A DNA stretch of 64,000 bases from Proteromonas lacertae (taxonomy: Eukaryota): the NCBI GenBank assembly GCA_002245135.1, contig NGBS01000614.1, positions 1 to 64,000 of the forward strand, read 5' to 3'. Below the pieces are notes generated by a model, which worked only from the letters and a program-made list of their open reading frames with translations, was not told the origin of the DNA and ran no database searches. Both the position numbers and the translations under genes were made by a program. Shown here piece after piece: positions 54,193-64,000 of the stretch. How positions within the stretch are numbered: position 1 is the first letter of the stretch; the number at the start of each line of letters is the position of its first letter.

Positions 54193-55128
54193 ATGAAAAA
54201 TAATAGAATGCAGGAAGAATTGAAATATAATTTTACAATGCAAAGGTTTGTACTAGCATCTAAACAAAATAATAATGAAAAGCAAGAATTGAAAGATGTA
54301 CCATTGCCTAAGTCTGTAGCTTTGATAGATAAATCTACATCAACCAATGGTTTAGAGATGTTGTGTAGAAATGAAGGAATTTATGAAAGAAGCCTTAATT
54401 ATACTATTGATGATGAAAAAGAGTTAGAACAAGCAAGACATTTAGATGAAATATCCAAAAGATTAGAAGATAAATACAAACTCAAATCAAAAGCTAAAAA
54501 AGAACTGGATGAAGAAGAATTAAAGAATAATCGAAAGATAGTAATAGAGAATTGGAATAATCACACATTAAACAAACATAAAACATCTGCAAAGTGTAAT
54601 GATGAATGTTTTAATCCAATAATAGATAAAGATGGAAAACTGTATTGTGTTTTATGTAATTTTCAAATCAACAATTGGGAAAGTCACAAAACTTCTACAA
54701 TTCATTTATTCAATAATAATAAAATCGAAATAAAAAGTAATCCACTATTTTTAGATATGAATAACAAAGGATATGAATTATTAAATAAAATGGGATGGAA
54801 TATTGATAAAGGACTTGGAAAGAATGAAAATGGTATAATTGATCCAGTATATACAGTATTAAAGAATAATAAAAGTGGAATAGGATATGAAAAGAAAGAA
54901 AAAAGAATAACTCATTTTCCTAGTCATAATGAATATGAAAAGAAAATAAGTAAAGATGGTTTATCTGATGGTTTGAGAAGTATGATTGAATATGAAGAAA
55001 ATCGATTAAAAAGAAAATTATGTGTATTTTCAAAGAAAGAACGAAAAAGAAGAAGAGAAAAGGAAGCAAAAGAGAAAGAGAAAGAAAGAAACAGAATAAA
55101 ATTTGAATTAATAGAAGATTTCAAGTAA
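54193..55128 (+). CDS. G-patch domain protein with an upstream zinc finger, GPANK1-like, no ankyrin repeats, intronless
   Basis: YCVLC...HKTSTIHLF, G-patch NKGYELLNKMGW....GLGK...G...PV.TVLK....GIGY, then RITHFP and a basic coiled-coil tail. Confidence 0.85.
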   Translation: MKNNRMQEELKYNFTMQRFVLASKQNNNEKQELKDVPLPKSVALIDKSTSTNGLEMLCRNEGIYERSLNYTIDDEKELEQARHLDEISKRLEDKYKLKSKAKKELDEEELKNNRKIVIENWNNHTLNKHKTSAKCNDECFNPIIDKDGKLYCVLCNFQINNWESHKTSTIHLFNNNKIEIKSNPLFLDMNNKGYELLNKMGWNIDKGLGKNENGIIDPVYTVLKNNKSGIGYEKKEKRITHFPSHNEYEKKISKDGLSDGLRSMIEYEENRLKRKLCVFSKKERKRRREKEAKEKEKERNRIKFELIEDFK

Positions 55129-55193
55129 AATTAGATAAGTATATTAATATTTATGTGAATAAGTACACTCTTTATTCTTTTCTTTCATTCATT

Positions 55194-55215
55194 ATATATA
55201 TATATATATATATAT
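55194..55215. repeat. (TA)n microsatellite
   Basis: About 11 TA units in intergenic sequence. Confidence 0.85.
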
Positions 55216-55257
55216 CCATTATAAATGAGAATTTAAGTATGATGGAGTGAGGTTGTA

Positions 55258-55572
55258 ATGGAATTGATTATAATAAAGTAAATCATATTAATAATAATCC
55301 ATTTTTGTGTTTTAAGATATTCAAAATCAGGAGTTTATGCAATAGACTATACAAAGAATCTTCTTACAAAAGCAGGCTGTAAAAACATTCTTGATGTTTT
55401 TGTTGATATGAACTATATGGAAGGATGTGAAGAAGCAAGAGATTTAGTGATTCAAATGGAATTTACAATTGATGTATTAAAAACAGATTATTTAGAAGCT
55501 TTAAAAGCTGAAGGATCTAAAAATGCATATTATGTTGATGATTTTGGTTTTGTTTTGAGTATATGGATTTAA
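55258..55572 (+). CDS. Small hypothetical protein (91 aa, two exons), absent from the ORF track
   Basis: ATG 55258, intron 55278-55316 (gtaaat...ttaag), open exon to TAA 55572: MELIIIKYSKSGVYAIDYTKNLLTKAGCKNILDVFVDMNYMEGCEEARDLVIQMEFTIDVLKTDYLEALKAEGSKNAYYVDDFGFVLSIWI. Confidence 0.5.
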
Positions 55573-55749
55573 GATATATTATATGTCAAAATATTTTCCA
55601 TGTAATAAGGTAAATTAATAAAGAAATAAATGCATGTATATGCCTTATAAATAATATGTCATAAACATGATGAAATAAAAAAACTGTATTAGGTTGTATA
55701 TTTTTGTATTTTCATTTTACGCGTCATCAATTGATAAAAAGATTCTGTA

Positions 55750-58700
55750 ATGCCAACTCTTGCATTTGTTATTATTTGTATATTTGTTCGTATTATTAAT
55801 GTAGGCTTGTGTTTAACTCACTCAAATGCACAAGATTCCTTCAGTTATGGAAATTCAAAACCAGATTATGTTGTAGGTAAAGAAATCACTCCAAACCAAC
55901 CAAATATGACTCTAGAAGGTGGGACATTCTCAATTTCCCCTTTATTGAGTAAAGGTCTCTCTTTAGATCAAACAAGTGGAGTGATTAGTGGTACTCCTCA
56001 AGAGCAATATCAAGCAAATTATACCGTTACCTTAAAGTCATCTGATGGTTTGATGATGACAGCTTCTATCGAAATGAAAAGTATATTTTGTGAATTTATT
56101 GTGTAGTTTGGGATATTCCAACCACGTTAACTTGTGGTTTAGTTAAGTTATCTATCGCAACAAATCAATCAGATTCATTCCCCTGTAAAAGTGATAAAAA
56201 AGTGAAAAGTTGGTCAATTAGTTTTAATCCAGCTGGTTCATATCCAATTTCAATATCAACTGATGGAATATTGAAACTGAATAAATTACCACCTCCAGAA
56301 GATCCAATAACGTATATATTTAATGTTATATAACAATAATAGAGTAACAATAAATGCTGAAAATCCAGCTGGTAAAAGCACAACTTCAACTTCAATTATA
56401 ATCTCAAAATCATCTCAAGAAATAAAATCAGGTTTAAATGTGAGAGTAGATGATGTGAATGACTTTTATTGTGGTCATGATTATGGAATTGGAACAATTT
56501 ATTACAGTAAAACAACAATATTAGACAATTTAGATGGATTAGATGGAGATGATGCTTATTCTGTTTGGGATGAAAAATTGGATGGATTTTTAACAACTAA
56601 TAATGTAAAATATTGGAATTATACAATAGAAGGATCAATTTATGCTCCAGAATATGGTAGTTACATATTTCATAAGAATTCAGATTTTACAAATTACAAG
56701 ATTTATATTGACGATAAAAAAGTAATTACAGAAGATGGTATTGAAGAAGAAGAATATTGGTCTTCTTATTATACTTATTGTAGCGTTTGGTCAAAATCAA
56801 GTTCTACAGATAGTGTGGACTTAATATCTGGTTATCATTCAATCAAGATAGTTGGTCATTATGCATATAAACAAGAAGAATGTTATGAAAACTGGGATGA
56901 TTATTATTGTTATGATATGACAAGCACAGCTGCTTATAAATTTTTGTTAAAATGGAAAATACCAGGTGAAACAGAAGAACAATCTATTCAATATTATCAA
57001 TCATTAGCTAAATATGATGTTATTTCTTATTTGACATTTGATAGTCAATATTATACAATGCCAATCAATTCATATTTTGAAATTCCATTCAAAATAGAAA
57101 GAGGATTAGCAAGTGAATGTATAACAGGAAATAATGAAATAACAGCTGATATAACAAAGAATATATTGAAAGGACAAGTTAATCGTGTTGGTCTTCTTCG
57201 ATTAACAGTAAAATGTTCAACTGAAACATCCACAACCAATATGGTATTTTTATTTGTTGATGTAGTTGATAAATATGTAAAAGGAATAGTTGTTTATTAT
57301 CTTAAATCTGATGATTTTGATACAAGTTGTTCAATTCCTTATACTCCTTCAAGTGAAGGTGTTAAAACTGAAATACTTCGATTAGAAGATGAGATAAATG
57401 AAGAATATAATCCAATCCAATCAATCTGGGATGGTTTAACTCCCAATTTTGCCAGTGAATTTGGAGTAAATTGGGAAGGATATTTAAAGATAGAAACATC
57501 TGGAAATTATACATTCAATTTAACCTCAGTTCAAGGATCTTGGTTATTTATTGATTATGTCGAAGTAATAAATCACAAAGGAATTCATGATTGGAGTTGC
57601 AAAACAGGAACAAAATACTTAAGTGAAGGATATCACTTCATAAGAGTGAATTATATGAAGAATGTAGGAGGAAGTGGAATAAAACTGTTATATAAGAATG
57701 AGATAGAAAATGAATATAAATATTTGACAGGTAATTTATATTTTGTTCCAAGAGGTGATTTTGAATATCGAGTTAGTTATGCAGTTTATATAGTGAATAA
57801 TCGAATATCTGACAATATTCCATTTATCGAAGGAAACAAAGAAATAAATGAATGTATATCTGAACCTAGTTTACCTCCTGGTTTAGAATTATCTGGTTGT
57901 ACAATTCGTGGAAGACCAACAACAGTTCAAGATATATCATCCTATGTGATAAGTGGTAAATTAGAAGATGGCTCAACAGTAAATGCCACAATATCTATAA
58001 AAGTGATAGGAGATACTAAACCTCAAGGATTACATATAAAAGATTTAGATAATGAAGGAACATCAATAACTGAATTGAATTTGTTTATTGGAAATGAAAG
58101 TCATTTATTGATAAGTGTTGATAGTGGTTCTGTGATTTATTATGAATTACCAGTTGTTCCTGGTGGCTTTACATATGATAAATATACAGGAAGAATAACA
58201 GCTGTTGCAACTGAATATTTAACAAATTATACATTGGAAATTCGAGCTTATTATTCCAATACTGAATTTGTAAGTACCAAAATTGTGACAAATGCGATAA
58301 GTGGATGTTCAGGTGAATATAAACCTCATTTTGTAGAAGTAGTTGATACAATAAATCCAAGAACTGGATATATTGATACTGACATTGAAAATGCAAATGG
58401 AAAAATAATAGTTGAATATACAATTCCAGCAGGACCACTTCCTTTATATTTTCCTGTTATATGTTTAATTCCTGGAGATTATAAATTTTATGCTAATGAC
58501 TTTCAAAAAGGAGATGGAAGTTTTTACTTTGATTTTTATACTGATGGAAAATTAGCTGATAGAGCAGAATTACAACGTTATAAATCAAAAACATTTAATA
58601 TAAATACTGTTCCAAAAAAACCAATTATAGACTATCCTAAAAGTACAAAAGTTGAGTTTTATTTAAATGATGAAGTGAAAATAATACCACAGATAAAATT

Positions 58701-61700
58701 GTTAGATTATTGTGAAATATCTCCAGAATTACCTTCATTTTTACATTTTAATACAACAAATTGTGCAATAACAGGTAAAGTGACAGAAGAATCACCAAAA
58801 CAACTATATAAGATAAAAGGATCAAATATGAATGGAGGAACACCAAAATATTTCAATTTAACATTTTATGGTGAAACAATGAATCAGTTATGTTTTAAGC
58901 AAAGCAAATCAATGATAAGTATTCATGTGAATGGAAGTATAAGTACAAGTCCAGATGAATGGGGATTTAGTCTTTATAAAACATCTGAAATGGATAATGA
59001 AAATAAAACTGCAATAGTTGAACTGAAAGGATCAGATGAAGGATGGGATGAAGGTTATATTTATAAATATGATTATTGTTTATCAAAAGATGAATATACA
59101 GCTGTTTATAGATCAAGTTCTTCATCTTATGGAAATGGTTTTATTGATGTATTAGTAGATGATATTCCTGTTGATAGAACAGTATTAGCTTCTTCTGTAG
59201 CAAAACTAGAAAAGAGTTTTCATTCCACATCAGATTATGATTATATTACAGAATGGGAAAATTCAATCCAATATGAAGATGGTTGGGATAATCCAAATGC
59301 TGAACATTCAACATGGTCAAAATCGAAATTATCAGAAATAAACAAAGTATCTGGAAATGTGATTTATATAAGAAAAATAGACAGATTTAGTGATATAGAT
59401 AAATATAATGCCTTTGCTTTAAAAGTGAGTTATATAAGTGGAATAATAATAAAAGTGAATGGAAGAGAAATATTCCGAAATAATTTACCAAATGGTGAGA
59501 TATCTCCTTCAACAATGGCAAATAATCGATATGATTTTATAACAGATGAAGTATTTATTTTACCAATTGTATGGTTAGAAGAGAATGTAGTTGAAATCTC
59601 AATGGAATTACACAAATTCAATGGAGAAACCAATTTCCCTGAAATAAGTTCATCTTTATTAAGAATAACAGGAAGTAAAGAAGATTGTTTAATTCTGAAT
59701 AAATATGCTAAAAGAGTAACTGAAACAAATACAGTATCTAATTATTATCATGCTGCTTATGGTTTTGATGAAAATCCTAATTCAGAATGGTTTACAGATA
59801 CTATTCCTAGTTGGGCCATAATGAGATATAAAGATCATTATCATACATATTTCAATCAGTTTAGTATTAATGCTTATTCTGTAAGAGGTGGTCCAAAAGA
59901 TTTTTCAGTAGAAGGATATTATAATTCACAATGGAATACTATAGGCTCTTTTGTTGATATAACATATCCAACAAATTTAAAGAAAGTCTTTACTAATTAT
60001 ACTACAACTGTTATGTATTCAGCAATTAGATTTAATATAACAAAAGTAGGAGAAATTGGTGCTTACCTTGATGTTTACGATATAAACTTCCATTTATGTC
60101 CAATAAGATATTGTAAAGCAGTTGAAGATATACCAGAAACTGCAACTGGGACAGAAATAACAATTGGTTGTAAAAGGTCAGAATTATCAGGAAATCGAAC
60201 ATTATACTGTAATAATGATAAATCTTGGAGCGAAATAGAAAATAGTTGTGATGAAAGTCCATCTTTAATTAGTAAAGAAACATCTTATACATTCAAAGCA
60301 GGTGATTTTTATGAGAAAGTGAGATTATTCACAGTTTCAGGAAAAGATATATTCTATTCAATGGTTACTGAAATAAGTGGCTTAAGAATAGATAATTCAA
60401 CTGGTTTAATATCTGGTCAACCATATATTGAAGAATCATCAAAACTAGTTTATTTCAAAGCTACTAATCCATATTCAGGTGGTGATGGTTTAACAATTGA
60501 AATATCCATAACTGTTTTACCCACAAAGAATCCAATAATGATTTGGAGTAATGAATCAGTGATATTAGATGCTGGTAAAGAATATAAAGAATTGAAATTA
60601 TTTTATGTGATAGGTGAAAATGTTGAATATAAAGTAGATGAATTGCCAAATGGATTGAGTTTAGACCAAAAGAGTGGATTAATATCTGGAATGGTGATTG
60701 AAGAAAGTTCCATGAGAAGTAAATTCACAGCTTCAAATAATTTAGATTATGTTGATATAACAATTGAAATGAATGTAACATTACCAATGAAACCTAATAA
60801 TATAAAATATGAGAAAGAAGTGAAAATGATATTTGGGATGATTTATGATGATATTCAACCATATCAATGTGTTGCAAAGACTATATTATATTCAATTGAT
60901 CCAGCATTACCTGAAGGATTAAAATTTGATGAAAATAGTGGAATGATAAGTGGAAAAGTAAATACTGAACCACCAAGTAGTAAATCATATACATTCAAAT
61001 GTTACAATGAAAATGGCGAAATATCTAATCCAATCACAATAAATGTCGAAGAATCTGTAGAACCAGTAATAATTACACATAATGACAGTATAATAATCGA
61101 AGGTGGAAAAGAATATGATGGATTAGAATTAGGTAGAGTAACAGGAAAGAATTTAGTTTATTCAATAATACCTAATCTTCCATCGTCGACATTGAAATTT
61201 GATTCATCTAGTGGAAGAATAAGTGGATATATATCTAATAGTTTTAATTCAGTAAATACCACAATTTTAATCAGTGGAAGTGGAAAACAAGTTTCATTTA
61301 CATTCATGTTAATTTCATCAATTCCTAATAATCCTGTTATTATTCCATCAACAAAAGTATCTAATATAAAATTCAAATTTGGTGAAGCACTAAAATCAGT
61401 ATATTTGTTTATTGCAGTTGGAACAAATCTTGAAATCTCAGTAAATCCTAAATTACCTAAAGGCTTATCATTAGATTCTAAATCTGGAGAAATATATGGA
61501 TTACCATCAGAATATGTAGAAAAGACAAAATATACTTTCACTATAAGAAATCCTCCATCTGTAGAGATTGAGACTGTGGAAGTAGAGATCGAATTTGAAG
61601 CAATATATTGTGAATCTGATTCTGGATTTCCAAGAACCCCAGCTGAGAAAGGAGGAAAAGAAGTAATGATAAAATGTGGAGGAGCAAAAAGTGGAATGAA

Positions 61701-61953
61701 GAGAAGAAAATGTTTATTAACTGATGATAATAAAGGTGTATGGAGTGTAGTTGATGAAAGTGAATGTGAAACAAGTAGTGGAGCCATAGCTGGAATAGCT
61801 GTTGGATCTGTAGCAGGTGGATTAATTATTATAGTGATAGTAGTATTCTGTTTATTAAGAACTGGAATATTTAGAAAAAGAGCAAGATCTCAATCTTCAT
61901 TAAAAAGATTATCAATATCAGAGAAACAAGTTGAAGGAGCAGTGAGAATATAA
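55750..61953 (+). CDS. Type I membrane surface protein (~2,040 aa): He_PIG/putative-Ig repeats, 2 PA14-like domains, a discoidin-like domain and Cys-rich modules, 3 introns
   Basis: Signal peptide; repeated LP.GL..D..SG.ISG; FGVNWEGYLKIETSGNYTF...GYHFIRVNY (PA14); AYGFDENPNSEW; two C..P.T....C.....G...C.....W.....C modules; TM IAGIAVGSVAGGLIIIVIVVFCLL; basic tail ending AVRI. Introns 55778-55804, 56081-56106 and 56312-56342. Confidence 0.88.
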
Positions 61954-62288
61954 CTTGATATTACTTATTATTATTAAAGAACTTATTATCATGAAATATT
62001 TTTTTATTCAAAATATAATTTCAATGAAACTTTTCAATAACCAGAATTTAAAAAATGTTATAGCTTTGTATTAATTGCTATAACACTGTTAATATAGTGT
62101 TGAAAGTATATAAAATCATGTGTAACATCAATATATCAAGTTAATGTGATGTATAATCGAAATCGGTTTTTCAAAACCTTACTAAGGAATTTGTAGATAG
62201 TATGAGTATATCATTCAAAAATCACATAAAAAAGCAAGAACCAATGAAATTAAGATTTAAACTATATCCCTTTCTTCGCTAATTTTCA

Positions 62289-63417
62289 ATGTCAAGTTCT
62301 GAAGAAGTAATAGCAAAAATAGAATTATCAGTTTTGGATTTTTTACAGCAACTTGTAGAAAAGAACATCCCTTACTTTGAAGTTCCAATAAGAAGAAGTG
62401 CAAATATTGTGTATGATGATGAATTAGGGTTGATCAGATTAGGTGCAATGAAGAAGAATGTGTCGATGGGTAGAGGAAATGGGATAAGTTACACCAAAAT
62501 GTGGTATAATTACATATCATACTATAATTCTGTTAGGAAGATATTAGAAACGTCGTATATATTCGTGCATGAGAATAAGACAGCTACTCAAAGAGAAATA
62601 TATTATATTTATCCAACAGTATAAATCCAATTATCATATTATTTTTTAATAGTATTTTGAAAATCAAATAAGTTGTAATGAAACAATCCAAGATTGTGTA
62701 TGTTTATTAAACGCACCACGTTGTTCATTAGGTATAATGAGTAGTCCACGAGGTTATATATCAGGTAAAATTGATATATATACTAAATCAGGAAGAGTTA
62801 TATACTGTGACCAAAATCCTCCATTATCACTAACATGGGAATTATTTCAACAAACAACAACAATCAAAACAACAGCTATGTTTATATTAGTAATAGAAAA
62901 AGATGGTATATTTAAAAGACTCAATGAAGATAGAATATATGATAATTTACCTTGTATCATAATCACTGGAAGAGGATTTCCTGATATATCTACTCGAGTT
63001 TATTTACATTTACTCCATACAATGTTTCCTACATTACCTATCTATGGTATATGTGATTGGAATCCCTTTGGCTTGGCATTATTACTGACTTATCGATGTG
63101 GCAGTGTCCATATGGGTTATGAAGCCTTTAAATATGTTGTGCCAGTTAGATGGTTAGGTTTACATTATGATGATATTGTTAAGATTAGAATACCAAAATC
63201 TGCTAGAAAAGAGTTTACTAAAGAAGATAGGTCAAAAGTGAAAACTTTGTTTGAACATCAGTTTATTAAGTCTAATCCTAGTTTTTATAATGAATTAGTG
63301 AAAATGAGTGAGAATGAGTTTAAAGTTGAATTAGAGGCTGTTCACTGTAGAGGACTGAGTTTTATGTCTGATAAATATATTAAAGAGAAAATTATTAATC
63401 GTGACTATTATGAGTGA
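62289..63417 (+). CDS. SPO11: Spo11 / topoisomerase VI subunit A homologue, SPO11-2-like, 2 introns
   Basis: TQREIYY catalytic-tyrosine motif, TOPRIM motifs LVIEKDGIF, TGRGFPDISTR and CDWNPFG, C-terminal KVELEA. DWNP rather than DxDP resembles SPO11-2. Confidence 0.93.
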
Positions 63418-63450
63418 TAGAAAATTGAGAATTAATGAGATTTTTATTAT

Positions 63451-63458
63451 TGTTTGTT
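63451..63458 (+). terminator. TGTTTGTT putative 3'-end/polyadenylation element downstream of SPO11
   Basis: Exact octamer 33 nt after the stop. The same octamer lies on the sense strand 53 nt downstream of the VPS24 stop (43568-43575, minus). Confidence 0.5.
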
Positions 63459-64000
63459 TTTTATGTTATGGATAAATTGTAAAACATCTTGAAATTACCA
63501 CTTTTTTATCATACATATAACATTAATTAATCACTCTCAGCAAACAATTCAATTACTTTTTACTTAATATTTCTAATTAGTAAAATGTAAAAAATACATA
63601 TATAATATCACTTCCATCTTTTTATCAAATTCTTATGATATATAAAGTTTTCATTCCATCATAAAATTGATTTTTGTGTTTTGGGGTATCTAAAGTTTTC
63701 GCACCATTATTTTGATATAAAGCTAACTGTAATAAATTAGTGAACATATCCCTGTTAAATGCATTATGCACTGATCAAATCAGTTAATAAACAAATTTAA
63801 TATAACAAACATTAAGATTGGTGAAAAGTGCACTAACTTTATCTCAGTGAAAATTCAGTATTAATTGTTGTAATAGATAACATTAGAATTTGTATATATT
63901 ATCCTATAATAAATAGGTTATTTTGTGTGAAACAACTTCATTCTAATACTACATACATATATGTTTGATTAATCACTCCTTGTATATCAATTAGCATGAC

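Noticed and set aside
56165..61787. Minus-strand ORFs inside the surface-protein gene, including the 209-aa ORF at 61158-61787
   Set aside because: Antisense shadows of a well-supported plus-strand CDS.

Overview
AT-rich (roughly a quarter GC by eye), gene-dense eukaryotic nuclear DNA using the standard genetic code, with about 50 short (mostly 26-48 nt) GT-AG introns. The tiny introns, the TGTTTGTT-like elements downstream of stop codons and a He_PIG-repeat surface protein point to a Blastocystis-like stramenopile; this is inference, and a related opalinatan such as Proteromonas cannot be excluded. The window is dominated by one ~36.5-kb minus-strand gene (5648-42142). The ORF track splits it into seven pieces, but it reconstructs as a single secreted protein of about 12,100 aa with PA14, filamin/Ig-like and FN3 domains plus a recurrent 'EVQ' module nested inside FN3 domains. 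It has only two evident introns and a cluster of six to seven mostly +1 frame breaks at 10.3-15.9 kb. Other genes: an arsenite methyltransferase with a mitochondrial-type presequence that lacks two of the four canonical cysteines, exportin-7, a USP deubiquitinase, Vps24/CHMP3, a METTL21-family methyltransferase, SAP-domain INCENP, a CEP104 homologue ending in a CaaX box instead of zinc fingers, PP2A catalytic subunit, a CCCH protein, a GPANK1-like G-patch protein, a small unannotated two-exon gene, a ~2,040-aa type I membrane adhesin-like protein and SPO11-2. Indels in conserved genes (exportin-7, AS3MT, CEP104) indicate assembly errors, so frameshift-based claims need read-level checking. No rRNA, tRNA, CRISPR array or clear mobile element was recognised.
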